A stretch of DNA of 64,000 bases from Gammaproteobacteria bacterium (GCA_015491865.1 WFVD01000004.1:17294-81293), one strand, 5' to 3'; positions 1 through 12,032 are shown, counted from the stretch's first letter. Translations and numbers: made by a program. The notes: generated from the letters alone by a model not told the origin.

Positions 1-156
1 AACTTCTATTTGATTCCGTAGATTGCAATAAATCAGCTAACAAAAGCAATCAACTCGGACCTAATTCCCCGCTAAAAAAGCCACGCTGACCGCCAGAGCC
101 GCCGTTTTCTGTGCTATATTGCGCGATTGCGTAAAAAAACAGCCGATTAAAGCTCG

Positions 157-2061
157 ATGACAACCACTGAAAAGCGATACCCACTGCTACATAAAATCGA
201 TTCCCCCGCAGACCTGCGCCAGCTTGCCGAAACAGAGCTGGAGCCGTTGGCGCACGAGCTGCGCAACTTTCTGATCCAGTCGGTCTCTAAAACGGGTGGG
301 CACCTCTCATCAAGCCTCGGCACGGTTGAGCTGACTGTGGCACTCCATTATGTCTACAACACCCCCGACGACCGTCTGGTGTGGGATGTCGGCCACCAGG
401 CCTACCCACACAAGATCCTCACCGGACGACGTGAGCGCATGGATACGCTGCGCAAAAAAGACGGCCTGTGCGGTTTTATCAAGCGAGATGAGAGCGAATA
501 TGACACCTTTGGTGTCGGCCACTCCAGCACCTCAATCAGTGCAGCGCTGGGGATGGCAATTGCCGCGCAGAAGAGCGGCAGCCACCGTAAAGCCGTTGCC
601 ATCATTGGCGATGGTGCGATGACCGCCGGGATGGCCTTTGAGGCACTCAACCACGCGGGACATCTCGACAATGACCTGCTGGTGATCCTCAATGATAACG
701 AGATGTCGATCTCGCCCAATGTCGGCGGCATGTCTAACTACCTTGCCAAGCTGCTCTCCGGCAAACTCTACACCTCGGTGCGCGAAAGCGGCAAAAAGGT
801 GCTTAGCGTTGTGCCACCGATGCGTGAACTGGCGCGTCGTGCCGAAGAGCATATGAAAGGGATGGTGATCCCCGGCACACTGTTTGAAGAGCTGGGTTTT
901 CACTACTACGGCCCGGTTGATGGACATGATATTCCAACCCTGATCACCACCCTGCAAAACCTGCAGCAGCATAAGGGGCCGCAGTTTCTCCATGTGGTGA
1001 CTAAAAAAGGGCGCGGCTATCAACCGGCCGAAGAGAACCCCTGCACCTATCACGGTGTGACCCCTTTTGATCCCAGCAACGGCAGGATGCACCCGAGTCA
1101 GGCCAGCGGCCCCAGCTACACCGAAGTTTTTGGCGAGTGGTTATGCGACATGGCGAAAGAGGAACCGAACCTCATTGCGATCACCCCTGCGATGTGCGAA
1201 GGCTCCGGCATGGTGAAGTTCTCTCGTCTCTTTGCCGACCGTTTTTATGATGTCGGCATCGCGGAACAGCACGCCGTCACCCTCGCCGCCGGACTCGCCT
1301 GTGACGGCATCAAACCGGTGGTCGCCATCTACTCAACCTTTCTACAACGCGCCTATGATCAGCTCATTCATGATGTCGCGATTCAGAACCTGCCGGTGAT
1401 CTTTGCGATCGACCGTGCGGGACTGGTCGGTGCTGATGGCGCGACCCACGCGGGCAGCTTCGATCTCAGCTATCTGCGCTGTATCCCCAACATGGTGGTC
1501 ATGGCGCCGAGTGATGAAAATGAATGCCGTCAGATGCTCTATACAGCGGTCAGACACAACGGCCCCACTGCGGTGCGCTATCCACGCGGTCGCGGCCCCG
1601 GCACTACAGTTGAAAAGAAAATGGAGCCGCTTGAGCTGGGTAAAGGGCGCATCCTGCGTCAGGGAAGCGCTGTCGCTATTCTCGCCTTCGGCAGTCGCGT
1701 ACAGGCCGCACTTGCGGCAGCGGATGAACTCAACGCGACCGTGGTCGATATGCGCTTTGTCAAACCGATCGATGAGGCGCTGATTGTGACAATGGCCAGC
1801 AGCCACGAGCTGCTGCTGACCATCGAAGAAAATGTCGTGATGGGGGGCGCGGGCAGCGCGGTGAATGAGGTGCTGGTCGCGCACAACATCACAAGAGCAC
1901 TCATCAACCTCGGGCTGCCCGATGAATACTGGGAACAGGGCGAGCACGAATCGCTACTGGAAGCCTACGGCCTCGGCCAGGAAGGGATCATCAACGCCGT
2001 AAATCACTTTCATCAACAGGCGTCTTGCAATACAATAGCCGCTCGCACCAATCCCTACTAA
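157..2061 (+). CDS. dxs: 1-deoxy-D-xylulose-5-phosphate synthase
   Basis: 634 aa; TPP-binding GDG motif; full-length transketolase-like DXS architecture; N-terminus [23 protein letters not shown] is typical of Dxs. Confidence 0.93.
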   Translation: MTTTEKRYPLLHKIDSPADLRQLAETELEPLAHELRNFLIQSVSKTGGHLSSSLGTVELTVALHYVYNTPDDRLVWDVGHQAYPHKILTGRRERMDTLRKKDGLCGFIKRDESEYDTFGVGHSSTSISAALGMAIAAQKSGSHRKAVAIIGDGAMTAGMAFEALNHAGHLDNDLLVILNDNEMSISPNVGGMSNYLAKLLSGKLYTSVRESGKKVLSVVPPMRELARRAEEHMKGMVIPGTLFEELGFHYYGPVDGHDIPTLITTLQNLQQHKGPQFLHVVTKKGRGYQPAEENPCTYHGVTPFDPSNGRMHPSQASGPSYTEVFGEWLCDMAKEEPNLIAITPAMCEGSGMVKFSRLFADRFYDVGIAEQHAVTLAAGLACDGIKPVVAIYSTFLQRAYDQLIHDVAIQNLPVIFAIDRAGLVGADGATHAGSFDLSYLRCIPNMVVMAPSDENECRQMLYTAVRHNGPTAVRYPRGRGPGTTVEKKMEPLELGKGRILRQGSAVAILAFGSRVQAALAAADELNATVVDMRFVKPIDEALIVTMASSHELLLTIEENVVMGGAGSAVNEVLVAHNITRALINLGLPDEYWEQGEHESLLEAYGLGQEGIINAVNHFHQQASCNTIAARTNPY

Positions 2062-2080
2062 TTCAGTCAAGATTATAAAC

Positions 2081-2467
2081 ATGCCCGCTCGTTACACGCT
2101 CAAGATTATTACCGACTTCGCCGCTGCACATTCGCTGCGCAACTACCCCGGCGACTGCTGCCGTCTGCACGGCCACAACTGGAAGGTGGAAGCCGAGGTG
2201 GTCTGCAGCAAGCTCGATGAGCTTGGCATCGGCATCGACTTTAAGACCATCAAAAAAGAGACCAATGCGCTGGCAGATCAACTGGATCACCGTTACCTCA
2301 ATGAGGTGCCACCGTTTGATAAGATCAACCCAACAGCAGAAAATATCGCGGCCTTTCTTTATCAGGGACTGTCAGAAAAACTGAACAGCGAGGTGCTGCG
2401 GGTTAGCGCGATCACATTATGGGAAACCGAACGCGCCTGTGTGCGTTATTCTGAGGATGAAGCGTAA
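2081..2467 (+). CDS. queD: 6-carboxy-5,6,7,8-tetrahydropterin synthase (6-pyruvoyl-tetrahydropterin synthase family)
   Basis: 128 aa; CxxxHGH zinc motif (CCRLHGHNW); size typical of QueD. Confidence 0.82.
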   Translation: MPARYTLKIITDFAAAHSLRNYPGDCCRLHGHNWKVEAEVVCSKLDELGIGIDFKTIKKETNALADQLDHRYLNEVPPFDKINPTAENIAAFLYQGLSEKLNSEVLRVSAITLWETERACVRYSEDEA

Positions 2468-3255
2468 TGAACGACACCACACAGATCGCAGATGTACAGA
2501 ACAATCCGGACAACCGCCAGATTCCGATCAATAAAGTCGGCATTAAAGATATCCGCCACCCGGTGCGGGTAAAAGATCGCAGCGAAGGCGAGCAGCACAC
2601 CATCGCCACATTCAACATGTATGTCGATCTGCCACACAATTTTAAAGGGACGCATATGTCCCGCTTCGTAAAACTGCTCAATTCAAATGAGCGTGAGATC
2701 AGTGTTGAGTCGTTTGATGAGATCATGGTTAACATGGCAACACTGCTGGATGCGGAGTCTGGCCATATCGAAATGAGCTTCCCCTACTTCATCAATAAAG
2801 AGGCGCCGATCAGCAAGGTCAAGAGCCTGCTCGACTATGATGTCACCCTGATTGGTGAAATCACCGGTGGAAAAACAGTGATGACGATTAAAGTCGTCGT
2901 GCCTGTTACCAGCCTCTGCCCCTGCTCCAAAGAGATTTCAGATTATGGTGCACACAATCAGCGATCACATGTGACCGTCACTGCGCGCACCGAAGGCTTT
3001 GTGTGGATTGAAGACCTGATCGATATCGTCGAACAGGAGGCCTCGTGTGAAATCTTTGGTCTACTGAAACGCCCCGATGAAAAGTTTGTAACTGAACGCG
3101 CCTACGACAACCCGAAATTTGTTGAAGACATGGTGCGCGATGTTGCAGCGCGCCTGAATGCCGATGAGCGCATCACCGCTTATACGCTAGAATCAGAGAA
3201 CTTTGAGTCGATCCACAACCACTCTGCCTACGCGTTGATTGAGAAAGTGAAATAG
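2467..3255 (+). CDS. folE2: GTP cyclohydrolase FolE2 (type IB, MptA family)
   Basis: 262 aa; conserved FolE2 blocks ([23 protein letters not shown]-terminal Cys/His region); start overlaps queD stop (ATGA), indicating an operon. Confidence 0.8.
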   Translation: MNDTTQIADVQNNPDNRQIPINKVGIKDIRHPVRVKDRSEGEQHTIATFNMYVDLPHNFKGTHMSRFVKLLNSNEREISVESFDEIMVNMATLLDAESGHIEMSFPYFINKEAPISKVKSLLDYDVTLIGEITGGKTVMTIKVVVPVTSLCPCSKEISDYGAHNQRSHVTVTARTEGFVWIEDLIDIVEQEASCEIFGLLKRPDEKFVTERAYDNPKFVEDMVRDVAARLNADERITAYTLESENFESIHNHSAYALIEKVK

Positions 3256-3388
3256 AGAAAACCTCCCCTGGCATTGCCCGCCCGATCAAAGCGTAGGGCT
3301 TACCTGCTTGCTAAAGGTGAACGAAAACCGATAATATCCTGTTTGCTATTTGGCTAAATAAGCTTTATATGTGATTATGCGTTATTTT

Positions 3389-3402
3389 CTGTCTTAAGAC
3401 AG
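3389..3402. promoter_or_regulatory. 14-bp perfect palindrome CTGTCTTAAGACAG, 19 nt upstream of the GGDEF-EAL start codon
   Basis: read directly in the sequence; possible operator or 5'UTR hairpin. Confidence 0.3.
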
Positions 3403-3420
3403 GCTAATAGAGACCTTTGC

Positions 3421-5910
3421 ATGATCAGGCTAAATCGAATAAATAACTTTATTCGCACCCTCACCGGACGCATGGTGATGGGCGAGCTACTGATTCACTC
3501 CATTCTAATTCCCATACTCTTCATTGGCATCAACGTTATTGTTACTGATGGTTACAAAACCCGCTTCATTGAGCAGGTTCATGCAAAATCGGAACTGCTG
3601 GCCAACATCATCGCTCATAACATTAGCCAGCAGAACATTCAGAACCTGCTCAATGAAGCGGTTAATAGCAACCAAATTATCTCCGCCCAGCTGCTTTATG
3701 AGAACGGCACGGTCATTCAGAGCCAGCCTACCTCTCATGCGTTACCACCTTTTAAAGAGGATCGTTTCTTTGAGCAGCACAAGGATAATATTTTCCATGT
3801 CGCCACCCCGCTAACCACCCGTGAGGGGCTCCCAGCAACGCTGCAGATCAGCTTCGATGAAACCCCGATTGCAACACAGATTCAGAACACCTACCTGGCC
3901 AGCATTCTACTCGCCTGCGCCTATATTCTGATCACATTGATACTTTCCGGCCTGCTTGGACAACAACTCACGCGGCCGATTCGAAAGCTGCGCGACGATG
4001 CACGCGCGATCGCTCATGGCAATACCGACAAACAGCTCAACGTCACCTCTTCCATCTCGGAAGTGGCCAGCCTGACTGATAACCTTGAAACAATGAAAAA
4101 GGCGCTCATCCAGCATAGCCAGGATTCCATAGCACGAGAAGCGCACCTGCGCTCGGTGATGGATAATGTTGTTGACGGCATCATCATCACCAATACCAAT
4201 GGCATGATTGAGTCACTCAACCCTGCGGCTATCAATCTCTTTGACTACACCAAGGGTGAACTGATTGATGAACACATCAATGTTCTGCTGGACGTGAGCG
4301 CTCTGCTTGAAATAGAACCCTCTTCCAGCAGCAGTGAAAGCAGCTTTGCGACCCCACCCCAGGGTCTTCAGGAAACTGAGGGATACCGTAAAAGTGGCGC
4401 AATCTTTCCGCTAGAAGTCGCCATTAGCAAAATGATTGTCAATCAGCAAACACATTACATCTACGTCACTCACGATATCACCGCCCGGAAGAACGCCGAG
4501 CAGCAACTTTTACAGCTGCACAACGAGCTTGAACGCCGCGTGATCGTACGCACCAGTGAACTGGCCGCGGCAAATGAGGAGCTAGAACACCAGGCACTGC
4601 ATGACTCTCTCACTGATCTGCCAAACCGTGTCCTGCTGCTGGACCGTCTTAACCAGGCGATCCTTGCAAACCAGCGTAGCGAGAGTAAACTCGCGCTCTT
4701 TATGATCGACCTTGATCGCTTTAAAGAGATCAACGACACCCTTGGCCATCACTATGGTGACATCATCCTGCAGCAGGTTGCTAACCGCATGCGTGAAGTG
4801 CTGCATCAGTCCAGCACTGTTGCACGCCTTGGTGGTGATGAGTTTGCAATACTGCTGCCCGCTGTTGAGGGCACCAGAGAACCGACCACCATCGCCAAAG
4901 CGATTATTCATGCCATCGACCAGCCCTTCCTTCTTGAAGAGCAGGCGTTTCATGTCGGCGCCAGTATTGGGGTTGCGCTATTTCCTGAGCACGGCACCGA
5001 CACTTCGACACTGATGCGCCATGCTGATGTTGCGATGTATGTCACCAAAAATAACAATAGTGGTAACTTCACCTTCTACGATTCATCTTTAGACCAGCAT
5101 AGCCGTGACCGCCTGGCACTCACCACCGAGCTTCGACACGCCATCGACAACGATGAACTACTGCTCCACTACCAGCCGAAGATAGACTTCAAGAGCGGTA
5201 ACGTCGCCGAGGTTGAAGCGCTAGTGCGCTGGCAGCACCCCCGTTTTGGCTTGATGACCCCGGACCACTTTATTTCGCTATCGGAACATACCGGGCTGAT
5301 CAAGCCGCTCACGCTCTGGGTCATACATGCCGCTCTGAGCACCTGCCGTGAATGGCATCACATGGGGCACAAACTCAAGGTTGCGGTGAATTTATCAACC
5401 CACAATCTCCATGATCCGCAGCTGATCGACCACATCAAAACGACCTGCCTCGATTGTGAAGTTGATCCAGGCTATCTGGTACTTGAGATCACTGAAAGCG
5501 CCATCATGTCAGACCCTGTCTGTGCGATGAAGATCCTGGGCGAGCTCTCCGAAATGGGGGTCAACCTCTCCATCGATGACTTTGGAACCGGCTACTCTTC
5601 ACTCGCCTATCTTAAACAGCTCCCGATGGATGAGATTAAGATTGATAAATCATTTGTGATCGACATGATCAGCGACAAAGATGACTATATCATCGTTCGT
5701 TCAACCATTGATCTTGCACATAACATGGGGCGTAAGGTGATTGCAGAGGGGGTTGAGTCACCAGAGATCTGGGAGATACTCAACCGAATGGGGTGCGACA
5801 TGGCGCAGGGCAACTACATCACCCCGGCGCTCTCAACCAGTGAGTTTTCTCAGTGGCTCCAGGGTTCATCGTGGAGTCTTCCCCGGACTAATCAGTCCAA
5901 TGTGAGTTAG
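3421..5910 (+). CDS. membrane sensor diguanylate cyclase/phosphodiesterase (TM-periplasmic domain-HAMP-PAS-GGDEF-EAL)
   Basis: 829 aa; N-terminal TM helices; GGDEF motif (RLGGDEFAILLP); EAL motif (EALVRWQHP) with downstream DDFGTGYSSL. Confidence 0.9.
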   Translation: MIRLNRINNFIRTLTGRMVMGELLIHSILIPILFIGINVIVTDGYKTRFIEQVHAKSELLANIIAHNISQQNIQNLLNEAVNSNQIISAQLLYENGTVIQSQPTSHALPPFKEDRFFEQHKDNIFHVATPLTTREGLPATLQISFDETPIATQIQNTYLASILLACAYILITLILSGLLGQQLTRPIRKLRDDARAIAHGNTDKQLNVTSSISEVASLTDNLETMKKALIQHSQDSIAREAHLRSVMDNVVDGIIITNTNGMIESLNPAAINLFDYTKGELIDEHINVLLDVSALLEIEPSSSSSESSFATPPQGLQETEGYRKSGAIFPLEVAISKMIVNQQTHYIYVTHDITARKNAEQQLLQLHNELERRVIVRTSELAAANEELEHQALHDSLTDLPNRVLLLDRLNQAILANQRSESKLALFMIDLDRFKEINDTLGHHYGDIILQQVANRMREVLHQSSTVARLGGDEFAILLPAVEGTREPTTIAKAIIHAIDQPFLLEEQAFHVGASIGVALFPEHGTDTSTLMRHADVAMYVTKNNNSGNFTFYDSSLDQHSRDRLALTTELRHAIDNDELLLHYQPKIDFKSGNVAEVEALVRWQHPRFGLMTPDHFISLSEHTGLIKPLTLWVIHAALSTCREWHHMGHKLKVAVNLSTHNLHDPQLIDHIKTTCLDCEVDPGYLVLEITESAIMSDPVCAMKILGELSEMGVNLSIDDFGTGYSSLAYLKQLPMDEIKIDKSFVIDMISDKDDYIIVRSTIDLAHNMGRKVIAEGVESPEIWEILNRMGCDMAQGNYITPALSTSEFSQWLQGSSWSLPRTNQSNVS

Positions 5911-6395
5911 CCGACAAACAGTGCGACCATGTGCAGCACCAGCCAGGCGAACAGCGCGGCAACCACATCGTCCAGCATGATTCCAAGGCCGCCATCCACC
6001 TTGCGGTCGATCACTTTGATCGGCCACGGCTTCCAGATATCAAACAGGCGAAAAAGGATAAACCCTAGCACGACCCACTGCCATCCAGATGGCGCGGCGA
6101 TCATGGTGAGCAGATAGCCTGCGATTTCGTCCCACACTATGCCGGGGTGGTCATGAACCCCAAGGGTTTTCGCTGAGTGATCACAGAGCCAGATGCCGAC
6201 TAGCGTCACTGCAATTGAGATCACAACATAGGCGAGCAACGGAAGCGGCTCTAATAACAGATAAAGTGGTACCGCAACCAATGTGCCCACTGTCCCCGGC
6301 GCATATTTTGATAATCCTGCGCCGAAACCAAGGGCGATAAAATTAACCGGATCTTTCAGATCCGATAACAGCAGTCTTCTATTTATCTTGCTCAT
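5907..6395 (-). CDS. pgpA: phosphatidylglycerophosphatase A
   Basis: 162 aa membrane protein; the N-terminal LGFGAG..SKYAPGTVGTL block is characteristic of PgpA. Confidence 0.8.
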   Translation of the reverse strand: MSKINRRLLLSDLKDPVNFIALGFGAGLSKYAPGTVGTLVAVPLYLLLEPLPLLAYVVISIAVTLVGIWLCDHSAKTLGVHDHPGIVWDEIAGYLLTMIAAPSGWQWVVLGFILFRLFDIWKPWPIKVIDRKVDGGLGIMLDDVVAALFAWLVLHMVALFVG

Positions 6396-7411
6396 CGGAA
6401 ATGCTCATAACCCGGTTGTTCTATTTGAATCAGCTCACCATTTTTCTGCACGCAGCGTAGCCCTGGCCCTTCATCGATCACCCCAATACACTGTGCAACA
6501 ACCCCCTGCTGCGATAGCCGCCGTTGCAGTGCCGCCCGCTTCTCCGCACTGATTGTAAAGCAGAGCTCATAGTCGTCCCCCGCTGAGAGCGGCAACACCT
6601 GCCAGGTTTTGTCGCAAAGTGATTGCGCCACTTTATCTGTTCGACACATACGAAAGGCCGATGAGAGCGGCAGCGCATCCAGCTTAATCTGGCCACCCAC
6701 CTTACTCGCTTTCAGGATATGGCCAAGATCACTCAGCAACCCATCCGATAGATCGATCGCGGCGTTCACCAGACCACGGAGCGACCGCGCCTCTTCCACT
6801 CTCGGCGTCGGTTTCTCCAGGCGAGCCAACAACTCATCACAATAGCGCGGAGGGAATGGTAAGGATTGCTCCCTTGCCTGCAGTGCCAGCCCGGCGTCGC
6901 CGAGTGTACCTGTGACATAGATCAGATCACCAACCTTCGCGCCATCGCGCCGCCACGCCCGCCCTTGCTCGACAAAACCCAGCGCCTGCACGCTAATCGA
7001 GAGTGGACCGCTGGTGGTGTCGCCACCGATTAACTGCACTCCGTGACGAGCGGCTAACGCTGAAAAACCGGCGCTAAACTCGCGCAGCCACGCTTCGTCA
7101 ACATCCGGTAGCGTCAGTGCAAGTGTCACCCAGGCTGGGCTGGCACCCATCGCAGCGAGGTCACTCAGGTTAACGGCGAGTGCTTTATGCCCCAGCGAGT
7201 AAGGGGAGACGTCAGGAAAAAAGTGAACACCAGAGACCAGAGTGTCTGTTGATACAACCAGCTCATGCCCCGCAGGCGGTGAAAGAATCGCCGCATCATC
7301 ACCCACACCCAGCACCACATCACCACGCGGACAACCAACTGCGCTGAAATAACGCTCGATCAATTCAAATTCCATTACGGACATAAGCGAGACTTCCGCA
7401 TCGATATTCAT
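6392..7411 (-). CDS. thiL: thiamine-monophosphate kinase
   Basis: 339 aa AIR-synthase-related fold; position between nusB and pgpA is conserved in gammaproteobacteria. Confidence 0.85.
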   Translation of the reverse strand: MNIDAEVSLMSVMEFELIERYFSAVGCPRGDVVLGVGDDAAILSPPAGHELVVSTDTLVSGVHFFPDVSPYSLGHKALAVNLSDLAAMGASPAWVTLALTLPDVDEAWLREFSAGFSALAARHGVQLIGGDTTSGPLSISVQALGFVEQGRAWRRDGAKVGDLIYVTGTLGDAGLALQAREQSLPFPPRYCDELLARLEKPTPRVEEARSLRGLVNAAIDLSDGLLSDLGHILKASKVGGQIKLDALPLSSAFRMCRTDKVAQSLCDKTWQVLPLSAGDDYELCFTISAEKRAALQRRLSQQGVVAQCIGVIDEGPGLRCVQKNGELIQIEQPGYEHFR

Positions 7412-7442
7412 CAGATGAACAAACTGATATCGCTATGAGTCG

Positions 7443-7880
7443 CTACCTGGATGACCTCTTCTGCTTGAACTCAGCCGTGCGAAGCGTAGCGGCCAGTTTA
7501 TCCAGTACGCCATTCACATATTTATGGCCCTGGTCGGCACCGAAGGTTTTGGCCAGCTCAACCGCTTCATTGATCACCACTCGATAAGGCACTTCGATGT
7601 GATAGTGAAGCTCATAAACTCCCAGCCGCATGATCGCCAGCTCAACTGGGTCGAGGCTCTCAATAGAGCGATCTAATGCAGGGGCCAGTAGCGCATCGAT
7701 CGTATCGACCTGCTTCACGACACCACTCAGCAAGCCACGAAAATAGCTTGCATCGACCTTTTTGCTATCTTTATCTTCCAGAATCTGCGCGGCGACCTCT
7801 GCAACATCCGTCGCACTCAACTGCCACTGATATAACGCCTGCACCGCACAACGGCGCGCCTGACTACGTGTTCGACTCAT
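7443..7880 (-). CDS. nusB: transcription antitermination factor NusB
   Basis: 145 aa; N-terminal RRxARxxAxQxLYQW signature. Confidence 0.9.
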   Translation of the reverse strand: MSRTRSQARRCAVQALYQWQLSATDVAEVAAQILEDKDSKKVDASYFRGLLSGVVKQVDTIDALLAPALDRSIESLDPVELAIMRLGVYELHYHIEVPYRVVINEAVELAKTFGADQGHKYVNGVLDKLAATLRTAEFKQKRSSR

Positions 7881-7911
7881 AATACCTTTTACAACAATAA
7901 AAACTAAAAAA

Positions 7912-8391
7912 TTATGCGTCTAACACCTGCATAAGACTCGCCATTTCAATGGCGGCGATGGCAGCTTCTGCCCCTTTGTTTCCCGCCTTGGTACCGGCAC
8001 GTTCAATCGCCTGTTCGATGGTATCAACCGTCAGGACACCAAAGGCCACGGGAATATCATACGCCAGTGCCGTCGATGAAATGCCTTTGACACATTCACC
8101 TGCAACGTAATCAAAATGAGGCGTTCCGCCCCGGATAACAGCACCAACGGTAATCACCGCATCGTAACGTTTGCTTGCCGCAACCTTTTTAACCACGACG
8201 GGGAGTTCAAAAGCGCCGGGGACCTGAACGATATCGATGTTTTCATCCGCCACGCCGTGCTGTTTAAGAGTGGCCAGCGCACCTTTTACCAGCTGGTCAA
8301 CAATGAAGCTATTAAACTTGGCGGCCACAATCACAAAACGTCTGTTTGCCACGCTGAGATCACCTTCAAAGGTTTTAATCGTCATATTCAT
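7912..8391 (-). CDS. ribH: 6,7-dimethyl-8-ribityllumazine synthase
   Basis: 159 aa; FNxxI and VPGAFELP motifs. Confidence 0.9.
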   Translation of the reverse strand: MNMTIKTFEGDLSVANRRFVIVAAKFNSFIVDQLVKGALATLKQHGVADENIDIVQVPGAFELPVVVKKVAASKRYDAVITVGAVIRGGTPHFDYVAGECVKGISSTALAYDIPVAFGVLTVDTIEQAIERAGTKAGNKGAEAAIAAIEMASLMQVLDA

Positions 8392-8436
8392 TACTCACAA
8401 CAAAATTTTATTAACCGCGCCATCGAGATTATAAAC

Positions 8437-9549
8437 TTAATGACACGACACATATTCTACTATCTCCAGACCAAACCCAGAGAGGCCGTGCAGGCGCTTC
8501 GGCTGCCCCAGCACACGCATCTCGTGAACCCCAACATCCAGCAGGATCTGTGCGCCAACCCCATAGGTTCGCAGTTCATTTCCATGCGCCGGCTGCGGCT
8601 GGTTAATACCTCGCTCACGTAACTGGTAATCCATCACCTGTCGAATGGTTGCACTGGCATCGAGCACTTTTCTGAGGATCACGATCACACCAGCCCCCTC
8701 TTTTACGACACGCGCCATCGCTGCCTGCAGTGGCCAGGCACCATCAAGGCGATCTGCACACAACATATCGGCAAGATGATCTTCGAGGTGAACACGCACC
8801 AGCACCGGCTTGTCTAACTGGGGTTCACCGTAAATCAGCGCCAGATGTAGCTGTCCATCCACCACATCCTGATAGGAGAGCAGTCTAAAAGTACCATACC
8901 GTGTGGAGAGAGTACATTCAGCGACACGTTCCACTGTCTTTTCATGCTGCACCCGGTAGTGAATCAGGTCGGCAATCGCCCCCATTTTCAAGCCGTGCTC
9001 CTGTGCAAACAGCTCCAGTTCAGGGCGGCGCGCCATGGTGCCATCTTCACTGAGAATTTCGACAATCACACTGGCCGGCTCCAGCCCTGCCAGACGCGCG
9101 AGATCACACCCCGCTTCGGTATGACCGGCGCGGGTCAGTACCCCGCCATCCTGCGCCATCAATGGAAAAATATGACCCGGCTGGGTGATGTCATCGGCAC
9201 TTGCATCGGCTTTTACCGCCGCCAGCACGGTGGTCGCACGGTCAGCGGCTGAAATACCGGTGGTAACCCCTTCCGCCGCCTCGATTGAAACTGTGAAGTT
9301 AGTTGCGTGATTACTATGGGTACCACTCACCATCAACGGTAAATTGAGCTGGTTGCAGCGGCTGCGTGTTAATGTCAGGCAGATCAGGCCACGGCCATAT
9401 CGCGCCATAAAATTGATTGCGTCTGCCGTGACTGCGGTCGCCGCCATTACCAGATCACCTTCATTTTCGCGATCTTCATCATCGACCAGTACAACCATAC
9501 GCCCCTGGCGGATCTCTTCGATGATCGTTTCTGCACTACTCAAGGCCAT
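8437..9549 (-). CDS. ribBA: bifunctional 3,4-dihydroxy-2-butanone-4-phosphate synthase / GTP cyclohydrolase II
   Basis: 370 aa; DHBP synthase N-terminal half ([11 protein letters not shown]) plus GTP cyclohydrolase II C-terminal half. Confidence 0.9.
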   Translation of the reverse strand: MALSSAETIIEEIRQGRMVVLVDDEDRENEGDLVMAATAVTADAINFMARYGRGLICLTLTRSRCNQLNLPLMVSGTHSNHATNFTVSIEAAEGVTTGISAADRATTVLAAVKADASADDITQPGHIFPLMAQDGGVLTRAGHTEAGCDLARLAGLEPASVIVEILSEDGTMARRPELELFAQEHGLKMGAIADLIHYRVQHEKTVERVAECTLSTRYGTFRLLSYQDVVDGQLHLALIYGEPQLDKPVLVRVHLEDHLADMLCADRLDGAWPLQAAMARVVKEGAGVIVILRKVLDASATIRQVMDYQLRERGINQPQPAHGNELRTYGVGAQILLDVGVHEMRVLGQPKRLHGLSGFGLEIVEYVSCH

Positions 9550-9583
9550 CTAATTTAAACTCCGTTGACTGGCGAACTGATCA

Positions 9584-10246
9584 TCAATCACCAAATCCCT
9601 GTGACAGAAGAAATTCGCGAGAGATAATCGATGATGACTCTGCTTGATCCTGGCGCCCCCCCTGCAGCAGCCGCTCAAGATAACGCGCCACCACATCGAC
9701 CTCAATATTGACTCGACGCCCCTGCTGGTAATCACCAATAATAGTCTGCTGCTGGGTGTGCGGAATGATGTTCACCTCAAACCTGTTGCCGCTCACCACA
9801 TTGGTTGTCAGACTCACACCATCGACACAGATAGAACCTTTGGGCGCGATATATTTCGATAGCAGCGGTGGTACCTCAAACGCAATCATAATCGACTCAT
9901 TCTGCGGCCTGATGCTGGCGACCTCTGCCACCCCATCGACATGGCCACTGACCATATGCCCCCCCAGCCGTGTCGTCGGCAACAGCGCCTTCTCAAGGTT
10001 TACCCGACTACCCGCCTGAAGCGCACCCAGCGTTGTACAGGCAACTGTTTCAGCTGACACATCGGCGCAAAACGCGCGCTCTGTTTTACTCACAACCGTC
10101 AGGCAGACGCCGTTGACCGCGATGCTATCACCCAGCTGCGTATCATTCAGCCCCAGTGATGTCGCCGCAAACGTCATGCGCGACTCACCCCTTCTATTTT
10201 CGACTGAGATGAGCTGACCGACCGCCTCTATCAATCCTGTAAACAT
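9584..10246 (-). CDS. ribE: riboflavin synthase alpha subunit
   Basis: canonical start MFTGLIEAVG at residue 36 of the ORF-track frame; the track ORF (9584..10351) is probably over-extended upstream; two lumazine-binding repeats. Confidence 0.85.
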   Translation of the reverse strand: MFTGLIEAVGQLISVENRRGESRMTFAATSLGLNDTQLGDSIAVNGVCLTVVSKTERAFCADVSAETVACTTLGALQAGSRVNLEKALLPTTRLGGHMVSGHVDGVAEVASIRPQNESIMIAFEVPPLLSKYIAPKGSICVDGVSLTTNVVSGNRFEVNIIPHTQQQTIIGDYQQGRRVNIEVDVVARYLERLLQGGRQDQAESSSIISREFLLSQGFGD

Positions 10247-10313
10247 ATCTGCCTCGTTATTCGCTTTGAGTCCCTTGCTCGGAAAATAGTTTCCGTACAG
10301 GGCGCTCTCATTT

Positions 10314-11462
10314 CTATGCCGCCGGCCGAAGTGTGATTCGCCAGTTATCACCCACCGCGCGTATCTCTTTTGTCTCCAGCGTTATGCGCTGCGACATCTG
10401 TTCAAGACCCGGCAGGGTCATTAACCCTTGCGCCTGATCACCCATCAGGTGCGGTGCCATGTAGAGCACCAGCTCATCGATTAAACCGGCCTGTAACATT
10501 GCGCCACTTAACAGTGGCCCCGCTTCAACCATCAACTCATTGATCTCGAGTGCGGCCAGGTAGTCCAGTAACAGCGGCAGATTGACCCGTTGGTCATCCC
10601 CCGCAAAGCGACACACATTAACACGCTTCTGCTGTAACACATTGAGTATCTCGGAATACTCGACCGCCGTTGCAATCAGTTTTCTACCCGGTAACCCCAG
10701 GGTACGGCTCGCCAGCGGGGTACGCAGTGTCGAATCGACAATCACTCGCAGTGGCGGTTTGATCTCGCCCGCCAGCACCACATGCAGCTCATCAACCCCT
10801 TCGGGACGGACATCCAGTTGCGGATCATCCGCCAGCAGGGTACCGATGCCGGTCATGATGGCATCACTGCGTGCGCGCAGCCGCTGCACATCGCGGCGCG
10901 CTGCTGCTGAGGTGATCCATTTACTCTCACCCGACGCCATCGCTGTGCGTCCATCCAGCGACATCGCCAGCTTGCAGCGCACAAATGGGCGACCGCGCGT
11001 AAAACGCGAAATAAACCCCGGGTTCAATGCCGCCGCCTCAGCCTGCAACACCCCCTCTGCTACCTCGATACCTGCCGCCCTGAGTGCGGCGATCCCTTTA
11101 CCGGCAACCTGTGGATTCGGATCACTCATCGCCACCACCACCCGCTTCACCCCCGCTTTGACCAGTGCTTTGGCACAGGGGGGGGTACGACCAAAGTGGC
11201 TGCACGGTTCAAGCGTGACATAGACCGTTGCTGCAGCGCTGCGCTCAGCCGCGGCGTTCAGCGCATGCACCTCGGCGTGCGGCTCACCAGCACGCATGTG
11301 CCACCCCTCACCCACGATTTCATCCTGCCGCACAACAACGCAGCCAACACGCGGGTTGGGGTGGGTCGTATAGATGCCACGCTGCGCGAGCTGAATCGCC
11401 CGCGCCATAAAAAGATGATCGACATCTTTGCTCTTAGTCACGCTACTCTTTATCACGCTCAC
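10314..11462 (-). CDS. ribD: bifunctional riboflavin biosynthesis protein RibD (deaminase/reductase)
   Basis: CMP/dCMP deaminase zinc motif ([18 protein letters not shown]) plus C-terminal reductase domain; the true start may be the internal [11 protein letters not shown] at coordinate 11408, which would remove the overlap with nrdR. Confidence 0.88.
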   Translation of the reverse strand: MSVIKSSVTKSKDVDHLFMARAIQLAQRGIYTTHPNPRVGCVVVRQDEIVGEGWHMRAGEPHAEVHALNAAAERSAAATVYVTLEPCSHFGRTPPCAKALVKAGVKRVVVAMSDPNPQVAGKGIAALRAAGIEVAEGVLQAEAAALNPGFISRFTRGRPFVRCKLAMSLDGRTAMASGESKWITSAAARRDVQRLRARSDAIMTGIGTLLADDPQLDVRPEGVDELHVVLAGEIKPPLRVIVDSTLRTPLASRTLGLPGRKLIATAVEYSEILNVLQQKRVNVCRFAGDDQRVNLPLLLDYLAALEINELMVEAGPLLSGAMLQAGLIDELVLYMAPHLMGDQAQGLMTLPGLEQMSQRITLETKEIRAVGDNWRITLRPAA

Positions 11463-11955
11463 CTGGTAACAAGGTTATCTGACGCTTTTTCAACTCGGGC
11501 GATGACTCATTCTGTAACCGTTCAATCTCTTCGCGAAAGGCATTCACATCCTGAAAACTGCGGTAGACCGAAGCAAAGCGGACATAGGCCACTTCATCCA
11601 GATCCCGCAGTTCGGCCATCACCCACTCACCCAGCTGACTTGAGGGCAGCTCACGCTCACCACTGGCACGCAGTTTATGTTTGATGCGGTTAATGGCCGT
11701 ATCGATATCCTCAATATTGACCGGACGTTTTTCCATCGCCCGTAACACCCCGGCACGCAGTTTCTCCTCGTGAAAAGGCTCTCTTGTACCGTCATTTTTC
11801 ACCATCCGGGGCAGTGCAAGCTCCGCTGTCTCAAAGGTCGTGAAGCGCTCGCTACAGGTGACACATTCACGCCGGCGACGCACCACATCACCATCGCTGG
11901 CAAGACGGGAGTCAATCACTTTGGTATCAGCTTCACCACAGAATGGGCAGTGCAT
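11443..11955 (-). CDS. nrdR: transcriptional repressor NrdR
   Basis: 170 aa; N-terminal zinc ribbon MHCPFCG...CxxC plus ATP-cone domain. Confidence 0.9.
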   Translation of the reverse strand: MHCPFCGEADTKVIDSRLASDGDVVRRRRECVTCSERFTTFETAELALPRMVKNDGTREPFHEEKLRAGVLRAMEKRPVNIEDIDTAINRIKHKLRASGERELPSSQLGEWVMAELRDLDEVAYVRFASVYRSFQDVNAFREEIERLQNESSPELKKRQITLLPGERDKE

Positions 11956-12032
11956 ATTGGAGCTCTCAACGTAGCGAGAAAGTAATCGGAACTATACATC
12001 AAGCGGCAGCATAATGCGCTGCCGCCTGTGCT

